Shown here: piece after piece, positions 51,065-64,000 of the stretch | How positions within the stretch are numbered: position 1 is the stretch's first letter | How the letters are laid out: the number at the start of each line of letters is the position of its first letter | Assembly (NCBI GenBank): GCA_021613535.1 | Contig: CP075496.1 | Span: forward strand, 124,001 to 188,000 | Origin: Adineta vaga | Lineage: Eukaryota; Animalia; Rotifera | Length of the DNA: 64,000 nucleotides | Direction: 5' to 3' | Program-made: the position numbers and the translations under genes | The notes under the pieces: model-generated | Told to the model about the DNA's origin: nothing | Database searches by the model: none | Seen by the model: only the letters and a program-made list of their open reading frames with translations

Positions 51065-52980
51065 CGACAGCTTTTTGAATAGCAGAGATGGTAATTCAGA
51101 CAATTATTCAACAACAGATCAGTAAAAATGAAATGATTAATCTAAATATGAAAGAATTCTTCATGTTCAAAGAGAATATCTCAAAATATCCCTCGTTAGT
51201 ACGACATAGATGTAAATCTTTGTTTCAGTAAAAAGCCGAATCTACACGCACTTATACTGGTGATAAGATAAGGCTTACGACTTTTATTGTTAAAAGGCGC
51301 AGAAAAGAAAGTTTTATAAAGTATGTTCAAGATTTTATGAAAAAGCCTTGTATGACGCTTGATCCCAGGTTTCTAGGACAAATCACAGAAAACAGCTCTT
51401 GTGAAATATGAAAAAGCAAAATATTGATTCGCATCTGAAAACATAAAAGAAATGTAGTCTTAACCGTAGCAAAATATCAGAAAAAAGCCATTTGGTGAAT
51501 TTAGAAAATCGAGAAATGCAGTTCTATTGGGAGATTTATAATTATGAAAAGCCCTGCATTGTTTCTATTCTAAAACCTAACTTATTAGTCCCTTCCATTT
51601 ACTCCTTGTAAGACGCAACTATCCACGTATACTTGTGAAACTTACTAGAATTAGCAAAAACAAAATCATGGCTGCCCAACATTCCGAATGAACAGATCGA
51701 TATTCAATGAATGAGAGCGAAAATAAAACAAGTACTTAACCTAATCGATATTTAGGTCGAAATTGATTGAAAAAGCTAAAAGAGACGAATCAGAGGACAT
51801 TCTCAAAGTAATTAGCTTCTTAATATGAGGATGATCAGTCTGGCCGAATACTCCAGTTTCTTGTTTAAGGTATCGACACTATAGTACATCTGAACGAGAG
51901 AATATTTCCTATTCTCAAAAGTTACACATTTCTGCACAGCGTTGCCACCCGCTATCGAGTGCCAACAAATCCGGAATATACAAAAACATCATTTACGGCA
52001 CATACAAGTCACTACCACGAAATCCTCCAATGGCGCACCATTTATCTCCATTCCATTACACGCACCTCCTGGTTATTCCTGCCTATTTCGGAATTTGTTG
52101 CATTTGCTCAATAATGGAATGCTAGTTCTCAAAGGCGAAGTGTTTTATTGGATAGATTGACTATGTACGGATGGATGTGGCTCATTGATAACATGGTCGG
52201 ATGATGTCAATTTCAAATTCAGTAGATTATGGTGTCTTTTAACGGAGATGTGCAGTTCTGAATGTGCCCACCTATCGAACCTCCCGCACACCCTCACTTA
52301 CAACAATCTATAACATAGAGAAACCTGAAACTGGTACTGTTGTCATCCAAACACCATCTTATGAAGCAGTCTTATCCATTAGAGTATCTACGCACTTCTA
52401 TCTCGCAGCTAAGCATTGGCAAATGCAGTTATGACAGTATCGGAAGGAATAAACAGAAACTCCTGATGATTGCATATCTGTTTTCATGTTAATGCTTACA
52501 CAAATCTCAATAAATGAAGCAATTCCTGAATTGTCAGGAACTCCTAGGGATTTGATTGTATCATGATTTTTACTATATATCCTTATAGGATATGACTATA
52601 ATTAAGAATGTTTCTAAATTCTTCCACTAAAATAAACTTTTTAGTAGAAAGAACTGGCATTTAGCAGCATATCTAAAGCTTATATGTCGAAAATAACTGG
52701 AGACAAACATACTGTAATTACACAACGGCATCTTCAAAATATACAATATATTGTCAAAGAGAACAATTAAGAGAAAAACACTGTTACTTCGGCTAATATT
52801 CTCTTGGTTTTATATGACTGTAGTCTACATATCATATGTGTACCCTAGTGAGAAACTTCACGTAACAGAATGTATTGATATGCAGCAAGCGTATTTTTTT
52901 CCTTTTATAAAAATTTCCATTGATAAAACAGAGCCTTTTCAGTTGAGATATTGAGGAAGTAACTTTTTTTGAATTATTCT

Positions 52981-53021
52981 GCAGTCGAGGTTTAAAAGAG
53001 TCAGCTTCAATGAGCGTTATT
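52981..53021 (+). mobile_element. Degenerate HINE-like 3' end
   Basis: CAGTCGAGGTTTAAAAGAGTCAGCTTCAATGAGCGTTATTT resembles the ends at 35181 and 38510. Confidence 0.4.
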
Positions 53022-55467
53022 TAAGTTAAGAAAACTTACTGAAATGAAAACTCGTAGGATAAATAGTAATCAAAAAATTAAAATAGCCAATTGCTAATGT
53101 AGTGTTCTTTCCGATAGCATGATTGTTGTTTCAGAAAAGCGTGAATGAACCGCTAGATCACTGCTATTTGTAACAGATAGTAAGGGAAACGAATAGAAAA
53201 GGCCATTGACATAGTTTAGATGGTCATCATATGTATAATGAAAGATGATTACAGATGACGATGGAGGGGAAAATAAACTATGACAAATGAAGTTTCTCTA
53301 TTCTAACAATAATCACAATCGTTTTATTATCCTGCAAGGAATTCGCTAACAGTTTTTTCATATTTTGTATGCTACTAAAGGATATAGTTCGTAGATCGTC
53401 TGAAGAGTGAAGCATCTTGTGTATTGTGCATTTAATAAAATCTATTGAGATATGATGAATATGAAAGCGACTGATACATGTGAGATATATATAACGATTT
53501 TCTTCGATTATTTATCATTATAAATCTGCATAATAATAACTACGGTCGAGCAAATTTTTGTTATTATTAATGATTGCACTTACTTTGATATTGAAGTAGC
53601 TAATACCTTGAGTGTATTGAAAGTAAAAAAATGATATATCAGCACACTCTATTTATGTATATGGACATATATCTTCTTGATCAACGTATGATATTTTGCT
53701 GTGTTACGGCTCAGTGCTTTTTATTATTAGTTTTGTCCTCATTTCAGTTTGTTTCTCCCGATTATTGCTTGTGGCAAGTTTAGAAAGTACGAAATATTAT
53801 ATTTCACATTGAAATCCAGTTTGATAAAAGCATACTTTTTACGTCGTCATCTCAATAACTACGATATTATATAGTATACAGAACAATATAGTCAGCTCAT
53901 TTCTACTGAATACTACATTTTTTGATAGGGAAAAATGAAACTATGATGAGAATAGTATATAATTCTCTTAATAAAAATAATCGAAAAATACTTTAAATTA
54001 TTATTTATTTCTATTTCATTAAGCAGAATATATATTCAAATAAGAAACATGCAACAAACAAAAAGACAAATTGACATTCTTTTTATAAACTTTTTAAAAA
54101 CTATATATTTATAAATATAAAAAACAATCTAATCATTCATTTAATGAGCCATTTCTTTTTCGTTCTATCGTTTCTCATTTGTTTATTGTATATGAAATAT
54201 CCTACCATGTAAAGGATGAAACACAACGACGAAACGAAAAACATGCCTACTACCTCAACGAGTGCGACGATCAAAGAGTCTCTCTCTCTCCTAATTCATA
54301 ATTAACCTATCTTTTCTATCGATTATTTTCCTCGTTATTTTGCTCACTTCGAGAAGATTCTCCTTTTCTTCGTCGACTTCACATAATTCGTAATCATGAA
54401 TAGGCAATTTTATTATGAAAATTGTGATTGTGTGCATTGAAGTGTAACTTAAATAAATATTATTCACAAATGCGTTGCAAAAATAATATGAATAGTAATG
54501 GGAAGATATACCTTAGTTTCTGATAACAAGATGTAATTTCACAAAAAAAACAATTATGATTGAAATATATTACATCGCAACAATTTCTCTCATTTTCACT
54601 TATCTCGAAAGACATCATTTCATAATACAATATAACAAAAGATAGTTTGTAAAACAATAAAACAGCTTTATAATCTTGTAAAAAATTTTCTTTTGAATGT
54701 TTATATTTGTATAAGAAATCACATGTACTGTTGTGACATAGTTTTCTATTGATCAACTTTAAAGTAGTCTAAATATTCAGAATAATCTGAGTTATTTTAA
54801 TATTAGTTCTTTTGGTATTGTCAAACCTACCAATCAAGAATAAGATCGATAAAACCATATAAAAGCTCGTATTTTGAATGAAACTCTATATGGAATTATA
54901 ATATGCCTAGCAGTATGTTTTGAGAAAACTTTGTGCTCTAAATTTCGAACAGTTGAAATCCAATCGCTGAAGTAAAAAACTTACTCAAATTTTTTCCTCA
55001 CATACACCTTTTTTTGTGAAACTTCTGACAACATTATTATGTTGAGGGTTCATTTTTTCGTATAGATAACGAAAATTGTTCTTAAATAAACTAAAAAGAT
55101 TTTTAACCGACGCTATAATTTATATGAAAATAACTCGTAAACTTTCGTACATTGTATATATTGACATACTCGATAAAAACTATGATTAAATAAAATAAAT
55201 AGAGTACTGTTTTTAGAATAATAGTCGTACAAAGCTTTTCAAGTACATCTCTGTTTATATATATATATATATATTCATAAAAGAGAACACAAAAACGTCA
55301 TTCTAAAAACACCTTTGGCAAGTTTTCAATTCATCATCAAATGGTGAATAGAAAAGAGTATTATAATCGATAAAATAACATATATGAATCATATTTATTC
55401 AGAATAAAACTTAATGTTCATAATAAATATGTTTTTATTTAAGAAAATAAAACTTATAACGAGTAAC

Positions 55468-57082
55468 ATGACTATTATATCGAAAGAATTACCTATGGAT
55501 TTGAATTCTACGATAAATATTCGAAAAAATGTATCACGTCATCGATCAATAATTCGTGAATTTTCTTTGAATACATCAATGCATGGTGTTCCAGGTATTG
55601 CTCGTGCTGAAAGTCTTCCTAATAAAATCTTTTGGACAATTTCATTTATTTGTTTTCTTGGAATTATGATATTTTTCATTGTAAATGCAATTCGAAATTA
55701 TTTTCAATATCCAACACACATTGATTCAAGTTTTGAAATTGAATGGCCACAATATTTTCCAGCGATAAGTTTTTGTAATCTTGCTTCATTAAGTTTTGAT
55801 AAATTTATTGATCCTTTTATAAATTTTACTCTAACAAATAATTTGAGTAATATAATTGATAGAACAACATTTTTACCAAGTCAAGCTGAATTCATTTGGA
55901 GTTTTCTAATTGATCGAATAAATAAAAATGAATCAATAGAATCAATTTCTTTTACATTATCATCAATGTTATTTAAGTGTTCTTTTAATTCTCAACCATG
56001 TTCAATAAGTGATTTTATTATTTTTCAATCTGCAAACTATGGTCTATGTTATAGATTCAATGCAAAAATGAAAAATATTATTTATAATAATCATATACGA
56101 CATAGTAATCAATATGGTGGTTCTGGAATATTAAGTTTAGATCTATATCTTCATAGTAATCAATATTTACCCTATACAATGAATGGTAAGTATTGTTTTA
56201 ATGTTTTTCATTTTCTAAAATATTCATTTTTAGTTGTTGGTGGAGTAATTCTTGTACATGATAATACTCAACTCCCACCAATTGAATCATCTGGAGTTGA
56301 ATTAGCTCCCGGAAGAAGATATAAATTAAGTTATAGAAAAAAGAGAACTGATCTTTTATCTTCACCTTATACAAACTGTCGAAAAGAATTGACACTTAGT
56401 ATGAAAGCAATGTTAGAAAATTATAATGGAGCTGATTATGTTTATTCTCAAGATACTTGTATGATGCTTTGTCAACAAACATACGTGTAAGTATATATTT
56501 ACTGAATGAAATCAAATAAAAGAAAAAATATAATTCTTTTTTTTTTTAATTTCTAGTTATGAAAAGTGTGGTTGTATTAATCCATTTTTATGGAATGCTC
56601 GTATCATAGTCTTACCAGGAACGAATAAAACTATTGTTGCACCTCTTTGTACAGCAAGTGATCAATGTGCATTTAAAACTTCCTCTTCTTTAATCGAAAA
56701 TTCATCATTATTAATGGAATATTGTTCTGATTGTTCGCAAGATTGTTCATTAATAAGTTTTCCCACTCAACTATCATCTTCTCAAGTATTTTTAGATTGG
56801 GAAATAGATAATATTAAAACATTTGTTGAAAATTCATCTGTTCGATTACCTGTTAATTGGTCAACAATGTCGTACGAATATATTCAACGAAATTATCTTA
56901 CAATAAACATTGTAACTGAGAGTAATATTGTTGAAACAAATACACAAACAGCAGCATTGAGTATTGTTGATGTTATATCAAATATTGGTGGTCAAACAGG
57001 ACTATGGATTGGTATTAGTTTTCTTTCCGTAATGGAATTTGTCGAAATGATTTATAGATTATTTCGATGTCGTGATCGATGA
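55468..57082 (+). CDS. DEG/ENaC/ASIC-family sodium channel subunit, 3 exons
   Basis: EFSLNTSMHG pre-TM1 HG motif, FPAISFCN, YGLCYRFN, LSSPYTNC, CGC and SNIGGQTGLWIGISFLS. Introns 56186-56233 and 56487-56556. Confidence 0.93.
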
Positions 57083-57826
57083 ATATATTAAAGATCATTT
57101 TTTAGATAACAAAACTTCATTTCATGTTTTGCTTATTTCTTTTCAAATAATAAAGAGTCGAACTTAAGATAAAAAATATTTTCTTTTAAATCGACCAATC
57201 TAGAGAGTTGGATATTATCAACCGCTGTCCGGAATCGGTCTGCGGATCTGGTTCCAAATCTGCTACAAACAACAAATAAAAAGTGTATGAGAGAGATGAA
57301 GCATTCCAGAATGTCTACGCATTAAAATTACCACGAGAAACTTTTCGATAACTCAGCCATTTCTGGATAGATCCTTGTCATCTTCGAACTAGACTGAGAT
57401 ATTGTTGAGACAACTATATGCACAAAGTTTTAGCTCGATCGAATGTAATTGTGAAGAGTTATCGTGTAAACGGTCGGGTACACAGTCCGATTCTAGTAGT
57501 GTACTCACCTTTTGAGTACGCAGACATAATTCATGCGCACATGATAAATAAAATATCAGATGATATTTAGAATGATCTTGCAAAAAAACATTCTTCGCAT
57601 TTTGAAATAGAAACAAACACTAAACAGGACGACGTTTGTTATTCTTTGCATTGTCATATATTTTTAACAAAAAAAAAAAAAGAATATCGATAATAACATA
57701 GGCTATTTTGGGTTTTTTATCTTTAAAAACAGTGATACAACAAAAAATAACTATCATATATATACACCAGTATAAAATTCAGTATTCTTCATTGTTATTC
57801 CACGACAAACAAGCTCAATATTTAAA

Positions 57827-59050
<1,224 letters not shown>

Positions 59051-60332
59051 AAACTTTCTTTAAATTTTTTTATATGATTTTGAATTTTTTCTAAATTCCT
59101 TATAATATATCAACTATTGTCACGTTCAGACACACCAATTGATAGTCTCTCATAAATCAACCTACTATAGCTCTACTTCACTGTTTTTCTCATCATTCTA
59201 AGTGATTTAATACATGAAAGAAACGATGATAGATGGGTGACGAGTGTGGGTGAGAATATCATATGCGTACTTTCATCCTATTTTGTTCTTTTGTCAAATT
59301 TTCAAAAAGAATTAGAGAAAAGTTACCTTTGCCCCGATCATGAATAAATGAAAAGAACAATAAAAAATTATTTTTCGACAAAATTTCGTTCGACCAGCAA
59401 CATAAGGTATTCGTAGGAAAAATTCTATGAACTTGTATTAATTGAGTTAGAAGTATTTGGTTTTTTTTGCTTTCATCATTAAACTTATCTAAAGTTTATT
59501 AGAAATATAAATAATGCATTCTTAGCACTTCCGACACGAACATATTCATATAAGGCATTTGTGCAACAATATATCATAATCAGGATATCGTTTGGCTTCT
59601 TCATCTGAACCATCATTGCTTAATTTGACGAATATATTATGTAAACGATTGGTATTGTAGATTGTCAGTAAATCAAATATAATCATCAAACATGATGGAA
59701 TAGCACATCCATATACAACTACTTCTAAATTATTTAAAACAAGATCATTGATAGACAATAATATTAAACAAATAATTACGATTACAATTGACAGTTAAAG
59801 CAACACGTTTATGGCTCCATTGATGTATGTTGACATTAGATGAGTTTACAAAATAGTGATCAACTTATGTGAATACAATAAAATATAGTGATAAGAGTCA
59901 ACATAGATTATAAGTAAGAGATCGAAAAAGTGCATAGTTGTCGTTATTGTTTTTACCCACACCCTAATTAAAGAGATAAGTTGTTCATAATGAACGTTAA
60001 AACTTAGAAAGAAGATATCTAAAAATCTGTGAAAAAAAGACTGTTTCTAATAGCAATAAATCATTAGAAAACGAATATAAAAGCTTTATTGAGTAATTAC
60101 ATATCCATGTGCGATGCTTCAATTAAACAAACATCGAATTAGGAAAGAAAAAAAAGTAACATACAATATTTTCATAATACCTTCTTCTTTCTCTATATAC
60201 TCCTACTGTACATCGATAGTTTCATATAGAAAGGAGAAATTGCACCATCACGAGAAAGTTTATAATATATTCTATTCACAACAGAACACGTGAAAATCTG
60301 CAAACATACAAATACATCTTCAATCTAAGAAA

Positions 60333-62120
60333 ATGATTGTTTCATTTCATACATTACCAGTTGAATTGGTTTATCGGATTTTAGACAACCTTGATCCATT
60401 AATAATTCTTTTGTCATGCCGTAATGTTTGTGCAAGATTCAATGCAATTACTGATACATACTATCGATATCAGGTATTCTTTGTTTTATTAAAATTATAC
60501 TCACTCTTTTCTATAATCCATAAATATTTACCTGGAAGATTTCATATAAAGTCCCTCTAATATATTCACTCTTTTACTATTTTCTCTAGAAATTGACCGA
60601 TGTTTACCTCTACCGCAATGAGGCCAGTAAGATAGGAGCACAACATTTAGCCAATGTTCTAGCCAACAACCAGGTAATACTACCCAAATTGATATTGTCC
60701 TTATTTAGTCATTCGCTTACTAATGTTTACAGACATTTACAACATTCTATATTTCGAAGCATCGATTCGGTGACCTTGGAGCACAATATTTTGCTAATGC
60801 GCTAGAACAAAACATGGTAAGATGACTGAGATATGTCTTCTTGTTATACAAAGGTTTACTTCTTATTCTCTACAGACACTCAAAACATTTGGACTCGTGG
60901 AAAATCGAATTGGAGACGACGGAGCACAATGTTTAGCTAATGCGCTAGAACAAAACAAAGTAACGTAATCAATATCAATCGGTTTTAACTATTTACTCAT
61001 TATTTGCAAAGACACTTACAACACTGAATCTCTCGAGCAACCGAATCGAAGAACAAGGAATACAATATTTAGCCAATGTTCTAAAACACAACAAAGTAAT
61101 ACGATCAAGACGCGTTTGTGTTTCATTACTTACAAGTATCAACTCACAATTTTCTCTGCAGACACTCACGGCATTGATTCTTGCAGGCAACCAAATGGGA
61201 AATCAAGGAGTAGAATATTTAGCCAATGCTCTACAAGAAAACAAAGTAGATATGATCGACGCCGTATGTCTATATTGTTTAATCATTCATCTACGGTTTA
61301 CTACAGACACTTGAAAGACTAAACCTCTCGATTATCCGAATCAATGAGAAAGGAGCACAACATTTAGCTGATGCTTTACAACAAAATCAGGTAGTACGAT
61401 TGATGTACATCTTTCTCTTATTCAATCATTCATTTATACTATTTTTAAAGGTACTTAAAGAACTTTCTCTAACACAAAATCAAATTGGTAATCAAGGAGT
61501 AGAATATTTAGCCAATGCCTTACAATATAACAATGTATCATAATTCAAAACGCTCTTTTTCTTATATATTCGCTCATCTTCTATTTTCTATAGACGCTTA
61601 CAAAGTTAGTTTTATCGAACAATCAAATCACTGATGACGGAATACAATATTTGACTAATGCTCTACAAGAAAACAAAGTATCACAATTGACATCATTACC
61701 GTTCATTTTTTTCAATTATTGATCCATTATTTTCTAAAGATATTAGAAAAATTGGAGCTTGCACACAATCAAATTGGTACACGTGGAGCACAACATTTTG
61801 CTCATGCTCTACAACGAAATAAAGTACTATTATCAATGCTAAGAATTTTCTTTGTCATTCATTCACTTACTTTCATAGACACTCAGATATCTTGATCTCT
61901 CAAACAACAAAATATATGATGAAGGAGCAGAACATTTAGCTAATGGTCTACAACAAAACCTAGTAGCATGATCAAACCTACTTTTTTTCTTATTCAAACA
62001 TTAATTATCTACTTTTCCTAGACACTCTATACAATTGACCTCTGGGACAATAGTATCCGCAGTGATGAACTAGTACGTCGTATTAAGGATATACTCAAAA
62101 CAAATAGATCTCGGAACTAA
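60333..62120 (+). CDS. F-box-like + RNI-type LRR protein, 12 exons
   Basis: Exon 1 reads SFHTLPVELVYRILDNL...SCRNVC.RFN. Ten 84-bp phase-0 exons follow, each TLxxLxLxxNxIGxxGAQxLANALxxN, then a terminal exon ending TAA at 62120. Confidence 0.9.
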
Positions 62121-62279
62121 TCCCATAAAGAACTTGGAAGATGAACATTAGATACAAAACAAATGTTTTTTCTATTCATATTATAAAAGTTTTAAAAAAA
62201 AGTTCTAATAGCGATAATATATGTCAATATGATATTTCTGTGATAAGTGGAATAGAAAGACCATAGTCTATCGATTCTA

Positions 62280-62379
62280 TTGAGGGTGTGGGTGAGGGTG
62301 TGCGTGTTAGATAGATGTAATACTAACACACACCCAAACCCTCACTCACACTCACCCACAACCACAACCACACCCTCAA
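62280..62379. repeat. Telomere-like palindromic element
   Basis: TTGAGGGTGTGGGTGAGGGTGTG, core TAGATAGATGTAATACT, then ...CACAACCACACCCTCAA. Confidence 0.8.
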
Positions 62380-62797
62380 GATGGTTATTTATATATAGAA
62401 AACATTGTTTGATAAAAAGGTGTCGATGACTATGTTCTATTGTACTATTAGAATAATCAAACTACGTTGTCATTATAACATGAACAGTGCAAAAATATTG
62501 TGATATAATTTGATATAGCCATGTGCAACAAAAACAACAACGAAAATGAATGCATGTTTCAATAATACAAATATGTATTAAAAGGAATTTCACGTGAGAG
62601 CATTCTACTGTAACGGTTTCAACAACAAATTTTGTGCTCTGAGCTGAGTGCTACTTTAATTAATAGCAACTCAGAGCACATCAAACACAAATCCAATAGT
62701 TTTTTTTTTCAAAGTGATATATGATGACCCTTTGCAGTTTCAATGGAGATGTGAATAAAGTACGGTAAAAGTTCAGGGAGAAAACGATATGGTTTGA

Positions 62798-64000
62798 TCA
62801 TTTCGCTTGAATTAGTTTCCGATATGTATTAACTTCAACTTGTAAGTATGCATTTTTTAATTTTGTTTGGCAATAGCAATCAGTTAAGTATATAATTGAT
62901 GCTTCGAGTTCTCGAATTTCTATTTCTTGATCATTGATCAAGATTGCATTGTCTACAAAAGAAAAAGAATCATATGTTGCGGTAACAGTTTCAACTTACA
63001 TTCCTTCGTCATACGCAGAACAGCAGGAAGTTTTTCATATTCTCTAAGTGTAACGAGATGTTCATTCTGTAAACGAGTGTATGTATCTGCATTTTCACGG
63101 ATTGAAGTAATTAATTGAAGGAACGATTTGCGAGGAGCTTTAGAAGTTGACGAACCTTTCACTGTAGCCATATTTTTACATTTTTCTTCTATCTTGATTC
63201 TATAATGTTCAGTCAGTTCAGCTTTTTCGGCCTTCGATAATTTATTAAAATCGTCTCTGATGCCTGCTATTGCTCGTACAAGTTCAGTTCGATAAAAAGC
63301 GCTGACATCAATGCAAAGCGACGCTGTTTGTATGGTGTCTAATTCTATTTGGTGTAAATGTGGTAAAAGGTATAATTCCTCGTTTAAACTTTGTATTTGA
63401 CTTTCCAACGATATACGAGCAATTGCTATTTTTGAAAACACGGCTTCCACAAGTAAAACATTGCCACTCTGATCCTTGACTTCTGATACCAGCTTTTCCA
63501 CTCCATACCTTGACTGACCTCTGAGAATATCGAATTGATCTGTAATAAAAGGAATATATATTGCAAAATATTTAAAATTCCACATACCTATTGCCCGAAT
63601 GATGGCAGAATTACTTTCGTCCGAAAGTTGATTATTTCGAAGGTCCAGGAACTCTAAATTGCCCTGTCGTTTAAGCAGCTTGAGAATATCTTTCAAACAC
63701 TCATCTGTGATTCTATTCGAACTAAGATTTAGTTCAAGTAGAGTATTATTGTTGGCTAACATTTTGACGAACGCTTTCATGCCTTTATCTCCGATGACAT
63801 TGCCACTTAAACTTAGTTTTTCTATCGTCGGATGGAAATACAATGCTGCAGCCAACTCCAGCGCCCCAGAATCCGTGATTCCATTGACGTCTAACCGAAG
63901 TTCAACAAGAGTTCGATTAAGACCTAAAGACCAGGCTAATCGTGTTGTGCCTTCATCACCCAAGTGGTTGTTGTCAAGGAAAAGTTGCCTTATAGTTGAT
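62798..64000 (-). CDS. RNI-type LRR protein fused to an intermediate-filament rod fragment (5' end outside window)
   Basis: 28-aa LRRs at 64000-63590. Introns 63587-63540 and 62999-62953. Then ARISLESQIQSLNEEL..L..LHQIEL, FYRTELVRAIAGIRDDF and the final exon LQVEVNTYRKLIQAK* (IF helix-termination motif). Confidence 0.8.

Noticed and set aside
50786-51164. Longer first exon from ATG 51164 and a 48-bp candidate exon (50833-50786) for the Hint gene
   Set aside because: The ATG 51164 frame has two TGA stops, and including the 48-bp segment introduces stops. ATG 51064 spliced directly to 50710 gives a clean frame.
51942-52480. Higher-GC stretch that looks like decayed coding sequence
   Set aside because: Multiple stops and no identifiable family.
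59546-59836. Small two-TM ORF
   Set aside because: There is an in-frame stop near the start and no recognisable homology.

Overview
AT-rich eukaryotic (animal) DNA with many ~45-60 bp GT-AG introns, interstitial (TGTGGG)n repeats and gene families typical of bdelloid rotifers; the taxon is inferred, not proven. Ordinary genes: several orphan 7TM receptors, an NmrA-like protein, a DEG/ENaC channel, cathepsin L, a 5'-nucleotidase-family protein and an alkaline-phosphatase-superfamily membrane enzyme. Defence-type genes: two ADP-ribosyltransferase-TPR genes, an F-box/LRR gene with one LRR per 84-bp exon, and two small secreted precursor peptides. There are many pseudogenes and DNA transposons (a dead piggyBac, a Helitron, a Helentron derivative with HINE-like relatives, a foldback element). 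The main result is an 8-exon minus-strand gene (51064-41527, 879 aa by manual splicing) that the ORF track shows only as fragments. It encodes a signal anchor, a furin site, a Thr-rich stalk, 12 tandem inhibitor-cystine-knot modules and a Hedgehog-type Hint/Hog autoprocessing domain. A second unusual chimera at the window end fuses RNI-like LRRs to an intermediate-filament rod. All exon models were read by eye and need RNA-seq confirmation.
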